DNA from: an uncultured Novosphingobium sp.
Lineage (GTDB): Bacteria; Pseudomonadota; Alphaproteobacteria; Sphingomonadales; Sphingomonadaceae
Length of the DNA: 64,000 bases
Direction of reading: 5' to 3'
NCBI GenBank assembly: GCA_937864195.1
Contig: CALMJG010000020.1
Span: forward strand, 945 to 64,944
Part shown: positions 9,550 to 17,398 of the stretch, piece after piece
Position numbering within the stretch: the first letter of the stretch is position 1
Layout of the letters: each line of letters begins with the position of its first letter
Notes under the pieces: generated by a model
Told to the model about the DNA's origin: nothing
Database searches by the model: none
What the model saw: only the letters and a program-made list of their open reading frames with translations
Made by a program: the position numbers and the translations under genes

Positions 9550-9990
9550 CTATTCCAGCACGAACCTGGGCCCGGTGCCGCCCGCGCCCGCCCGGTCATC
9601 CTTGTTGTAGAGCCGGCAGCGTTCCAGGCTGAGGCAGCCGCAGCCGATGCATTCGTCCAGCTTGCTGCGGGTGCGGGTCAGCAGCTGGATCTTCGCGTCG
9701 ATCGACTTGCGCATCGAACGGCTGATCTTCTGCCAGTCGTTGACTGTCGGCGTGCGGCCCTGCGGAAGCTTTGACAGTTCCACCTCGATCTCGGCCAGGC
9801 CCAGCCCCAATTGCTGCGCGATCAGGATGAAGCTCAGCCGCCGGATGTCGCTGCGCAGGAACCGGCGCTGGTTGCCCATGGTCCGGAAGGCCTGGATCAG
9901 GCGCTTGTCCTCATAGAAGCGGATGGCCGATACCGCGAGGCCGGTGCGCCGGGCAAGCTCGCCAATCGGTAACAGGTCGTTGCGGTCCAT
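9550..9990 (-). CDS. soxR: Redox-sensitive MerR-family transcriptional activator SoxR
   Basis: MerR HTH (IGELARRTGLAVSAIRFYE) and the diagnostic SoxR [2Fe-2S] motif CIGCGCLSLERC. Start trimmed to ATG 9990; the ORF-track start at 10008 is a TTG. Confidence 0.85.
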   Translation of the reverse strand: MDRNDLLPIGELARRTGLAVSAIRFYEDKRLIQAFRTMGNQRRFLRSDIRRLSFILIAQQLGLGLAEIEVELSKLPQGRTPTVNDWQKISRSMRKSIDAKIQLLTRTRSKLDECIGCGCLSLERCRLYNKDDRAGAGGTGPRFVLE

Positions 9991-10014
9991 CGCCCCACCT
10001 TTGCGCAATACTAC

Positions 10015-10045
10015 TTGATCTCAAGTTAACTTGAGGTTGCACAAT
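10015..10045 (+). promoter_or_regulatory. SoxR box inside a long-spacer MerR-type promoter for the VOC/NAT genes
   Basis: TTGATC (10015-10020), 19-bp spacer, CACAAT (10040-10045). The spacer contains the perfect 16-bp palindrome CTCAAGTTAACTTGAG (10020-10035). TCTCAAGTTAACTTGAGG matches 17 of 18 positions of the E. coli soxS operator CCTCAAGTTAACTTGAGG as I recall it. Confidence 0.7.
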
Positions 10046-10100
10046 GATAAAGCGATTTGATTCGTATAAGGCGTAGCTGACGGGAAAAAGGACATTTCCT

Positions 10101-10475
10101 ATGCCGAACGGCTATCTGGAACACGCCAACATCACGGTCAGCGATCCGGAGCGCTCTGCCGCACTGTTCCAGAAGCTGTGCGGTTGGCATGAGCGCTGGC
10201 GCGGCCCGGCGCTGAACAACGGGCGGACGATCCATGTCGGCACTGACCGCGATTACCTCGCCATCTACACCCGCGACGATCTGCCGCCGCGTCCGTTTGT
10301 CAAGGGCGTTCCGCTCAACCACATCGGGCTGGTGGTGGACGACCTCGTCGAAGCCGAACGGCTGGTCGTCGAGGCGGGGTTGGTTCCGTTCAACCATGCG
10401 GACTACGAACCCGGGCGCCGTTTCTACTTCTTCGACTGGGACGGCATCGAATTCGAGGTAGTGAGCTATGATTGA
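10101..10475 (+). CDS. VOC / glyoxalase-bleomycin-resistance-fold protein
   Basis: 124 aa. N-terminal LEHANITVSDPERSAALF and second half LNHIGLVVDDL...EFEVV are typical of paired beta-alpha-beta-beta-beta VOC modules. It is the first gene after the SoxR box. Confidence 0.65.
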   Translation: MPNGYLEHANITVSDPERSAALFQKLCGWHERWRGPALNNGRTIHVGTDRDYLAIYTRDDLPPRPFVKGVPLNHIGLVVDDLVEAERLVVEAGLVPFNHADYEPGRRFYFFDWDGIEFEVVSYD

Positions 10476-11298
10476 ACCCCTGCCCCCGGCCGAACTGGAA
10501 GCCTATTTTGAACGGATCGGCCATTCCGGTCCGCGCGATGCCGACCTGCCGACTCTGACCGCGCTGCACCGCGCCCATGTGCTGACGATTCCGTTCGAGA
10601 ATCTCGACGTCCAGTTCGGCCGCTCGCTCTCCACCGATGGCCGGGCAGCCTTCGCCAAGCTGGTGGAGGCCCGGCGCGGCGGCTGGTGTTATGAACAGAA
10701 CGGCCTGTTCGCCCGCGCGCTGGCCGCGCTGGGCTTTCCGGTCACCCGCCTGAGCGGCGGCGTGATGCGCGCCCTGCGCGGCGAGGAGGCGATGGGCACG
10801 CACCTGTGCCTCAGGGTCAGCGCCGAGGGGCGGGACTATCTCACCGATGTAGGCTTCGGTTCGACCCAGCTTGAACCGGTGCCGCTGGAGGACCACGACT
10901 GGGACCAGGCGCCGATGGCCGGCCGCGTTCAGCGCACCGATGACGGCCTGTGGCAGTTCGCGATTGTCAGCGGGCCGATGCCGCTGTCCTATGACTTCCA
11001 CGCCGAACCCGCCGACGAGGCGCTGCTGGCGCGGCTGTGCGACTGGCAGGCCCGCGATCCTGAATCGCTCTTCGTCCAGAACCTGGTGGTCCAGCAGCGG
11101 CTGCCGGACGGCCACCTGATGCTGCGCGGCAAGGTGCTGACCGAGACCGGGCCGCACGGATCGAGCGACCGCGAGCTGACTTCGGCCGAGGAACTGGTCG
11201 ACCTGCTGCGCACCCGCTTCGCACTCGACGTGCCGGAGGCCGCGAGCCTGTGGCCGGCGGTCGAGGTGCGTCACGCCGCGCTATTCGACGCCGCGTGA
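10468..11298 (+). CDS. Arylamine N-acetyltransferase
   Basis: 276 aa. NAT N-terminus (YFERIGHSG...TLTALHRAHVLTIPFENLDV) and catalytic Cys context RRGGWCYEQNGLF. Overlaps the VOC gene by 8 nt. Confidence 0.8.
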   Translation: MIEPLPPAELEAYFERIGHSGPRDADLPTLTALHRAHVLTIPFENLDVQFGRSLSTDGRAAFAKLVEARRGGWCYEQNGLFARALAALGFPVTRLSGGVMRALRGEEAMGTHLCLRVSAEGRDYLTDVGFGSTQLEPVPLEDHDWDQAPMAGRVQRTDDGLWQFAIVSGPMPLSYDFHAEPADEALLARLCDWQARDPESLFVQNLVVQQRLPDGHLMLRGKVLTETGPHGSSDRELTSAEELVDLLRTRFALDVPEAASLWPAVEVRHAALFDAA

Positions 11299-11314
11299 GC
11301 GTCTGGGCACAGGA

Positions 11315-11944
11315 TCACAGGAGCGCCCGCTGAACGGGCCCCCCGCCTCCACCCGCCCAGCGTTCGTCCGTCCGCTCGACCGTAATCGCGTCCTCCCAGG
11401 TCCGGCACAGCGCCAGCGCCTCGCGCGGATCGCCTTCCAGCCAGAGCTGCTGCGCGGCGTGGCTGAGGATCAACGGCATCCGGTCATGCACCTGCGCCAT
11501 CTGCGGGTGCCCATCGACCATGACCACGGTGTAGACGTCGCCCCATTCCGCGCTTGGCCGCCACAGCCCGGCCACTGCGAAGACCTCCTCGTCCGGCAGG
11601 CCGTACCAGGTGCGGGTCATCCGCCCCTTCTCGCCCTCCGCCTCGGCCCACTGGCTGATGGGGACAAGGCAGCGGCGCTGCGCGAAACTGTCGCGCCAGA
11701 AGGGGGTCAGCAGCTTGTCCTCGCGCGCGTTGGTGACGGGCCTGGGCTTCAGCGGCTGGCCCTGCCTGCCCTTCAGCACCAGCGGGAAGCCCCAGGTCAT
11801 CGCCCGCGCGCGGCCCTGCGCCACCACCAGCCCGGGATAGCCGGGATAAACCTCCTGCGCGTAGTTGGCCGAAAGGTCCGCCACCACCTCGAACAGCTTC
11901 GCAACCTCCGCGGTGCCCTTGGTCATGCGGTAGAGGTTGCACAT
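11315..11944 (-). CDS. SOS response-associated peptidase (SRAP / YedK family)
   Basis: 209 aa beginning MCNLYRM, with the catalytic Cys2 typical of SRAP abasic-site-crosslinking proteins. Confidence 0.8.
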   Translation of the reverse strand: MCNLYRMTKGTAEVAKLFEVVADLSANYAQEVYPGYPGLVVAQGRARAMTWGFPLVLKGRQGQPLKPRPVTNAREDKLLTPFWRDSFAQRRCLVPISQWAEAEGEKGRMTRTWYGLPDEEVFAVAGLWRPSAEWGDVYTVVMVDGHPQMAQVHDRMPLILSHAAQQLWLEGDPREALALCRTWEDAITVERTDERWAGGGGGPVQRALL

Positions 11945-11947
11945 GGC

Positions 11948-12397
11948 TCAGCGCTCTCTTGCGCAGCCTTCAAGGGCGGCGTCGTCCCCCCAGGTGAAGG
12001 TGGCCTTGTAGGGATAGACGGTATCGCTCATCCCGTCGCTGCACTGGCCCGCGCGGATCGTCAGGCCGATGGGCCTGCCCTGCATCTGGCCTGCATAGAG
12101 CAGCCCGCCGTCTCCATGCTTGCCCACGGCGGTGATCTGCGCCTCGATCAGGATGGGGCTCGGCTGTTCGGGGCTGGTGTAGGACAGCCGCTGTCCCGCG
12201 ATCTCGAACGACCAGAACGGTTCGGTGCCGAGTGCCTGCATCCGCCGGGGCTGTGCGCTGGGCGTGGGGGTCGAGGTCGCGGGTGAGGGACTTGCGGAGG
12301 GGCTGCGCTGGGGCTCCGGGCTAGCTGGCGCGGCTGGCTGCTCCGCCGGCTTGCACGCCACCAACGCCAACAGCGCGAGGACCGCAGCCTTACGCAT
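11948..12397 (-). CDS. Putative lipoprotein, unknown function (GTEPFWSF motif)
   Basis: Start trimmed to ATG 12397 (MRKAAVLALLALVACKP, lipobox LVAC), overlapping the ubiA stop by 8 nt. Pro/Ser/Ala-rich linker followed by a ~90-aa domain. The family is not securely recognised. Confidence 0.5.
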   Translation of the reverse strand: MRKAAVLALLALVACKPAEQPAAPASPEPQRSPSASPSPATSTPTPSAQPRRMQALGTEPFWSFEIAGQRLSYTSPEQPSPILIEAQITAVGKHGDGGLLYAGQMQGRPIGLTIRAGQCSDGMSDTVYPYKATFTWGDDAALEGCARER

Positions 12398-13298
12398 TGC
12401 CCACCACCCAGCAGGCCAGCGCCACCAGCAGACCGGCCATGCGGTTGGAACGGAACCGGGCGAGCGCATTGTCGCCATCGTCCGCCCGCAGTGTCAGTGC
12501 CTGCCAGCCAAGGTGCAGCGCGGCGGGCAGCAGCGCCAGCAGCGCCAGCCAGTCGGGCCGCAGCAGCCAGAATGCCGCGCCCCAGGCCAGCACGGCCAGT
12601 GCGTAAAACCCCGCCACCCCTGAGCGCACGTGCCGTCCCAGCGTGAGCGCCGAGGATCCGACGCCGACCAGCGCGTCGTCCTCGCGGTCCTGGCAGGCGT
12701 AGATCGTGTCATAGCCCACGCACCAGGCCCAGGCCCCGGCATAGAGCAGGCCCATCACTTCCAGCCGCCCGCTCGTCAGTGCGATCCACCCCACCGGCGC
12801 CCCCCAGGTGAAGACGAGGCCCAGCCAGGCCTGCGGGAACGGGGTAAAGCGCTTCATGAACGGATAGGCGGCGACCAGCGCGAGGCTGCCCAGCGCGACC
12901 AGCTGCGCCTCGATCCGCAATTGCAGCAGGACGACCAGCCCGACCAGGCACAGCGCGGCCAGCCATGCCCAGGCCGCGCGCTTGCTCACCCGTCCGCTGG
13001 CCACGGGCCGGCTGGCGGTGCGCGCCACTTTCACGTCGATGTCGGCATCGACGATGTCGTTGTAGACACAGCCCGCCCCGCGCATCGCGATCGAGCCCAG
13101 CAGCAACCAGCCCAGCAGCGCCCATTCCCCTTGCCCGCCCGCCAGCAGCACGCCCCAGGCGCAGGGCCAGAACAGCAGCCACCAGCCGATCGGCCGGTCG
13201 AACCGCGCCAATTGCGCAAAGTCCCGCAGGCGCGGCGGGAGCATGGCGACCAGCCCCCTGTGCTGGCTGTCGGGCACCACGGCGGAAGGGCCGTTCAT
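12390..13298 (-). CDS. ubiA: 4-hydroxybenzoate polyprenyltransferase
   Basis: 302 aa polytopic membrane protein. UbiA motifs RFDRPIGWWLL and NDIVDADID. An alternative start exists at Met19 (13244). Confidence 0.85.
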   Translation of the reverse strand: MNGPSAVVPDSQHRGLVAMLPPRLRDFAQLARFDRPIGWWLLFWPCAWGVLLAGGQGEWALLGWLLLGSIAMRGAGCVYNDIVDADIDVKVARTASRPVASGRVSKRAAWAWLAALCLVGLVVLLQLRIEAQLVALGSLALVAAYPFMKRFTPFPQAWLGLVFTWGAPVGWIALTSGRLEVMGLLYAGAWAWCVGYDTIYACQDREDDALVGVGSSALTLGRHVRSGVAGFYALAVLAWGAAFWLLRPDWLALLALLPAALHLGWQALTLRADDGDNALARFRSNRMAGLLVALACWVVGNA

Positions 13299-13536
13299 TC
13301 AGGAAACTCCGGCACAGCGTGAACGGGTGGACAGACTGGACAGAGCCCTGAAGCAGCGAACGCCGTGGGCACAGCGGCGGTCCGCAAGGGCGCCGGGGCG
13401 GGAAGACAGGGGAACGACCATGGCCGCAACCATGCCACATTCCCCGCCGGTAGGACAGTGCCAGAGCCTGCCGACCGCCCCCGGATCAAGCCAGTCCGCG
13501 CCGGTAACGGGCCGGAGCCCAGGCGGGAGATGGAGC

Positions 13537-13553
13537 GGGGCCGCTCAGGCCCC
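13537..13553 (-). terminator. GC hairpin just downstream of the thiolase-like gene (weak terminator candidate)
   Basis: GGGGCC-gctca-GGCCCC begins 6 nt after the stop at 13559. There is no U-tract, so this is only a candidate. Confidence 0.25.
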
Positions 13554-13558
13554 ACCCC

Positions 13559-15079
13559 TCACACGAACCAGAACGCGTTGACCCCGTTCTCGCCGCTTTC
13601 CAGCCGCACCTTGCGGCCCGTGACCAGCCCCTTGCGCAGCTCTGCACAGGTCGCGGGATCGGTGCTGTTGGCCATGGCCCGCGCGCCGTTCATGCGGGCG
13701 ACGAGGGTGGCCGTCTCGCCGTGCTTGCCGGGCTGGATGGTGAAGCTTTCCACCTCGCCCTCGCCGCTCGGCGCGTCGATCACCTCGACCACCGGCTTGA
13801 CCTTGGCGAGGCTCTGCCAGCGGCTTTCCGACCAGTCCGCGGGCGCGGTGGAATAGACGCCGGCGGCGTACTTGCTCATGATCCCGCCATTCGCGCCCAC
13901 CAGCGCGCGGGTGCCGGGATGAGCCCGGCAACGCGCCACCGCCTCGGCAATGCCGTGGGCGGAATAGTTGTTCCCCGCTCCGCCGAAGAACGGCAGCCCG
14001 CCGGTCAGCGTCCAGCCGCGCGGATCGTCGCGTTCCAGGCCGAAGGCGTCGAGCAGGTTGAACACCGGAATCGCGAAGCACGAATAGAGATCGGTGTGGG
14101 TGATCCCCGCCCAGTCCGTCCCCGCAATATCAAGCGCGGTGGAAATCGCCGCGACCGCCGCCGGGCTGCGCTCCATCGATTCGCGGGTCAGCATCGAAGG
14201 CTCGGCGCAGTCGGCCACGCCGTGGATGTGGACCCAGCGATCCTCCGGCACGCCGAGGCGCCGGGCTTCGCCCGCGCTGGCGAGCAGCACCGCCCCGCCC
14301 TGATTGACCTGATCGCGCGCCACGACCAGCCGGCCATAGGGCTCGGCCACCAGCCGGTTGCGTTCGGTAAGCGTCGCGAGTTCGACCACGCTGCGCTCGC
14401 TCGGCGCGGCAGCGTGGGGGTTGGCGGCGGCGACGCGGGTGAAGGGTGCGAACAGCCGGGCGATCTCGCCGCGATAATCATCAAGGCTAAGGCCCAGCCG
14501 CTCGCGCCGGACGTTCTCGGCAATGGCATAGCCCGCAATCGGCGCGCCGACGCCGTGGAGCACGGAGGTCTTGTCGACCATCCCGTCATAGCCGGTGCCG
14601 CGATCCTCGATCGTCCCGGCGTGGGTTTCGGACCAGTCGCGCGTTTCGCCCCGTCCCAGGATCGCGCGCATGGTCGAGATCGCCTCGGCCCCGACCACAG
14701 CGGCCATTTTCGAACGGCCCGCCGCGATTTCGGCGGCCAGTTCGCCCACCAGCTTCTGCGGCCCCTGCCCGCCGACGATGTCGAGAATCGCGCGGGTTGG
14801 ATTGGCCCCGACCCGGCTGGCGATCGCGCGCGGCACGTTGTCGGCATGGCCGAACGGCGCGGAATAGCGGGTTGCCGAAATTTCGAACTGGCGGATCGCC
14901 GCCAGCGTATCGAGCGCGGGCGCGAGCGGCTGGCTCGCACCGGCATCGGCGATTGCAGCCGCCAGTGCGGCCCCGGCCAGGTCCATGTGGCTGCGTTCGG
15001 CATAGCCCGGCTCGCCTACGCGTTCCGAGAACTGGCCGACCCCGATGACGACAGGGGTGTTGTCCGCCACGCCGCTCAC
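13559..15079 (-). CDS. Thiolase-fold protein with C-terminal ~100-aa extension (annotated type: acetyl-CoA acetyltransferase-like)
   Basis: 506 aa. It has thiolase-like N- and C-terminal halves (...GGLPFFGGAGNNYSAHGIAE...). By eye the usual nucleophilic Cys position reads VGGQGPQ. The C-terminal tail resembles an OB-fold/DUF35-type domain (VVEVIDAPSGEGEVESFTIQPGKHGETATLVARMNG). Its start overlaps the upstream SDR gene's stop by 4 nt. Confidence 0.65.
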   Translation of the reverse strand: MSGVADNTPVVIGVGQFSERVGEPGYAERSHMDLAGAALAAAIADAGASQPLAPALDTLAAIRQFEISATRYSAPFGHADNVPRAIASRVGANPTRAILDIVGGQGPQKLVGELAAEIAAGRSKMAAVVGAEAISTMRAILGRGETRDWSETHAGTIEDRGTGYDGMVDKTSVLHGVGAPIAGYAIAENVRRERLGLSLDDYRGEIARLFAPFTRVAAANPHAAAPSERSVVELATLTERNRLVAEPYGRLVVARDQVNQGGAVLLASAGEARRLGVPEDRWVHIHGVADCAEPSMLTRESMERSPAAVAAISTALDIAGTDWAGITHTDLYSCFAIPVFNLLDAFGLERDDPRGWTLTGGLPFFGGAGNNYSAHGIAEAVARCRAHPGTRALVGANGGIMSKYAAGVYSTAPADWSESRWQSLAKVKPVVEVIDAPSGEGEVESFTIQPGKHGETATLVARMNGARAMANSTDPATCAELRKGLVTGRKVRLESGENGVNAFWFV

Positions 15080-15864
15080 AGCACTTGCCCGTCGTCAACG
15101 GTGAGCGTCGCGCCCGTCACGTGGAGCGAAGCGTCCGAGCACAGGAACAGCAGCGGCGCATCGAGCGCCTCGATCGGGCACATCCGCTTGCGGTGGAAGG
15201 CCGCGATCTGGCGCTGGCCGCCTTCGGTCTGGAACCAGTCCCCGGCGATCTCGGTCTGGATGTAACCGGGCTGGATGGTGTTGACGTTGATCCCCTGGCG
15301 CACCCATTCGCGGGCGAACTGGCGGCCCAGATGGGCCACCCCGGCCTTGCTGGCGGCATAGGCGGCATCGCCCTGCCCGGTCAGCTCCGCCGTGATCGAA
15401 CCGATCAGCACGATCCGCCCGCGCCCGCTGTCGCGGAAACCGGCGGCGATCATCCGCCGCGCCCCTTCGCGCGCAGTCAGGTAGACGCCGGTGAAATTCG
15501 TGGCGACCACGCCCGCAAGTTGGGCTGCGGTCACGTCGGTCGAGCGGCCGTCCTCGGAAATGCCGGCATTGGCGATCACCGTGTCAACCGTGCCGAAGCG
15601 CGCTTCTGCCACGTCAAAGGCCGCAATCAGCGAGGCCTCATCCGTCACGTCCATCGCCACCGCCAGCGCATTCTCTTCCCCAAGTTCGGCCACCAGCGCC
15701 GCCAGCCGGTCGGTGCGCCGCGCGCCCAGCACCACCCGCGCGCCTTCCGCCACCAGCAGCCGCGCGAAGTGCGCGCCGAAGCCCGATGATGCTCCCGTAA
15801 TCAGGGCGATCCGCCCCTGCATGCCAATCTGCATCCGCCAGTTCCCTTGTTGATTGCTTTGCAT
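15076..15864 (-). CDS. Short-chain dehydrogenase/reductase (SDR)
   Basis: TGASSGFG cofactor motif and YAASKAG catalytic motif. Alternative starts at 15834 and 15822. Confidence 0.8.
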   Translation of the reverse strand: MQSNQQGNWRMQIGMQGRIALITGASSGFGAHFARLLVAEGARVVLGARRTDRLAALVAELGEENALAVAMDVTDEASLIAAFDVAEARFGTVDTVIANAGISEDGRSTDVTAAQLAGVVATNFTGVYLTAREGARRMIAAGFRDSGRGRIVLIGSITAELTGQGDAAYAASKAGVAHLGRQFAREWVRQGINVNTIQPGYIQTEIAGDWFQTEGGQRQIAAFHRKRMCPIEALDAPLLFLCSDASLHVTGATLTVDDGQVL

Positions 15865-15918
15865 CAGGCAAAACCCTGCCCCGGCGTGGCGGTCAACCCC
15901 TTACTCGTGACAATTCCG

Positions 15919-15984
15919 GCCCTCGCCCGTCGCATTCGTTGCCCTCGCTCCTTGCGTTCTTGGCCCTCGCTCCTCGCCTTCTTG
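15919..15984. repeat. Three tandem 22-bp direct repeats in the SDR/ligA divergent promoter region
   Basis: A: GCCCTCGCCCGTCGCATTCGTT. B: GCCCTCGCTCCTTGCGTTCTTG. C: GCCCTCGCTCCTCGCCTTCTTG. B and C match at 20/22, A and B at 16/22. The copies are head to tail with no spacer. Confidence 0.8.
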
Positions 15985-15999
15985 GTATGCGCCGCATAC
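15985..15999. promoter_or_regulatory. Perfect 15-bp palindrome (candidate operator) directly following the 22-bp repeats
   Basis: GTATGCG-C-CGCATAC. It also fits the T-N11-A pattern. It lies about 80 bp upstream of the ligA ATG. Confidence 0.4.
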
Positions 16000-16079
16000 G
16001 ATTTTGCGCGGATTTGATCCCGGTCAAGGCAGTGCGGCGCGGCTTTCGGGAAAAGGGGGCACCAGCACAGGAGAGGCCG

Positions 16080-16457
16080 ATGGCCAGCGCAGCGAAGCCC
16101 ATACCGGGCACTCACATCTTCGATGGCGACGCTGCGCAGAAGGGCTATGCCCTTAACGCCATGTGCTTTTCCTTCAACCACGCCCGCAACCGCGACGAGT
16201 TCGTGCGGGACGAGGACGGTTACTGCGACCGGTTCGGCCTGACGGACGAACAGCGCGCGGCGGTCAGGGCGCGCAGCGTGCTGCAGATGATCGCGGCGGG
16301 CGGTAACGTCTATTACCTCGCCAAGCTCGCAGGGATTCTGGGCCTCAACGTCCAGGATCTGGGCGCCCAGCAGACCGGCATGAGCGTCGAGGCCTTCCGC
16401 CAGATGCTGCTCGACACGGCCGGCACTCCCAAGGCGCTGGAGGCGATCCATGGCTGA
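16080..16457 (+). CDS. ligA: Extradiol ring-cleavage dioxygenase, LigA-type small (alpha) subunit
   Basis: Start trimmed to ATG 16080 with RBS AGGAGAGG upstream. It has the LigA-domain sequence KGYALNAMCFSFNHARNRDEFVRDEDGYCDRFGLTDEQRAAV...GGNVYYLAKL. Confidence 0.8.
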   Translation: MASAAKPIPGTHIFDGDAAQKGYALNAMCFSFNHARNRDEFVRDEDGYCDRFGLTDEQRAAVRARSVLQMIAAGGNVYYLAKLAGILGLNVQDLGAQQTGMSVEAFRQMLLDTAGTPKALEAIHG

Positions 16458-17337
16458 GGTTCTTGGCGGCGTCTTCACCAGCCACGTCCCGGCGATCGGC
16501 GGGGCGATCCAGCGCGGCGCGGAAAACGAGCCCTACTGGAAGCCGTTCTTCGATGCCTGGCCGCCGGTGCGGCAATGGCTGGAGGAACAGGCGCCGGACG
16601 TGGTCGTGCTGTTCTACAACGATCACGGGCTGAACTTCTTCCTCGACACAATGCCGACCTTCGCGGTCGGCGCGGCGGATACCTACACCAACGACGACGA
16701 AGGCTGGGGCCTCCACCCCTTCCCGATTCCCGCCGGCCATGCGGCGCTCAGCTGGGCGATCATCGAAAAGCTGGTGGAAGAGGAATTCGACGTGACCACC
16801 TGCCAGCAGATGCTGGTCGATCACGCCGCCAGCATCCCGCTCGCGCTGTGCTGGCCGGGGCGCGAGGCGCCGGTGAGGATCGTGCCGATCACCATCAACA
16901 CCGTCCAGCACCCGCTGCCGAGCGCCAAGCGCTGCTTGGCGCTGGGCCGCGCGGTGGCCAAGGCGCTGGCCGAATGGCCGGGCGATGAAAAGATCGTCGT
17001 CATGGGCACGGGCGGCCTGTCGCACCAGCTTGATGGCGAGCGCGCCGGGTTCATGAACCCCGAATACGACAAGTTCTGCATGGACAATCTCGGCCCCGAT
17101 CCGGACGCGCTGACGCGCCATTCGGTCCACGAGATGGTCGAACTGGCGGGCACTCAGGGGGTGGAGATCCTCAACTGGATCGCCGCGCGCGGCGCCATGG
17201 GCGCACACGTCAGCGAAGTGTCGCGAACCTATCATATCCCGATTTCGAACACCGCTGCGGCGGTGATGGTCTACGAGACCGCCGAGGCAACCGCCTCTGG
17301 CGCGGCAAGCACGGAGAAAACCCCGGCACTCGCCTAG
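16450..17337 (+). CDS. ligB: Extradiol ring-cleavage dioxygenase, LigB-type catalytic (beta) subunit (protocatechuate 4,5-dioxygenase-like)
   Basis: 295 aa, class III extradiol dioxygenase (GGVFTSHVPAIG..., VVLFYNDHG, GTGGLSHQL). Overlaps ligA by 8 nt. Substrate is not determinable from the sequence. Confidence 0.8.
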   Translation: MAEVLGGVFTSHVPAIGGAIQRGAENEPYWKPFFDAWPPVRQWLEEQAPDVVVLFYNDHGLNFFLDTMPTFAVGAADTYTNDDEGWGLHPFPIPAGHAALSWAIIEKLVEEEFDVTTCQQMLVDHAASIPLALCWPGREAPVRIVPITINTVQHPLPSAKRCLALGRAVAKALAEWPGDEKIVVMGTGGLSHQLDGERAGFMNPEYDKFCMDNLGPDPDALTRHSVHEMVELAGTQGVEILNWIAARGAMGAHVSEVSRTYHIPISNTAAAVMVYETAEATASGAASTEKTPALA

Positions 17338-17363
17338 ACCACCGCACAAGTTCTCCCCACCTG

Positions 17364-17398
17364 GAGCGGCCCTCTTCGTGACGGCCGCTCTCTTTTTG
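17364..17398 (+). terminator. Rho-independent terminator after ligB
   Basis: GAGCGGCC (17364-17371), 11-nt loop, GGCCGCTC (17383-17390), followed by TCTTTTTG. Confidence 0.7.

Noticed and set aside
9541-9558. smc and soxR stop codons abut (TAG|CTA) inside a 10-bp palindrome, AATAGCTATT, with no intergenic space.
   Set aside because: A 10-bp AT-rich palindrome formed by two facing stop codons is most simply coincidental. It is too short to be a terminator hairpin. I note it only as a curiosity (convergent genes without a terminator).
15939-16079. N-terminal extensions given by the ORF track for ligA, flgB, flgC, flgH, flgI, fliM, fliN, fliR, fliC, the MotA-like gene, the second and third DsbA-like genes, the lipoprotein and the serine hydrolase.
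   Set aside because: The track opens ORFs at the first possible start, including GTG and TTG. The extensions overlap upstream genes or intergenic repeats, lack family similarity, and internal ATG/GTG codons with an RBS or stop-start overlaps give the expected protein N-termini. I trimmed the starts accordingly.
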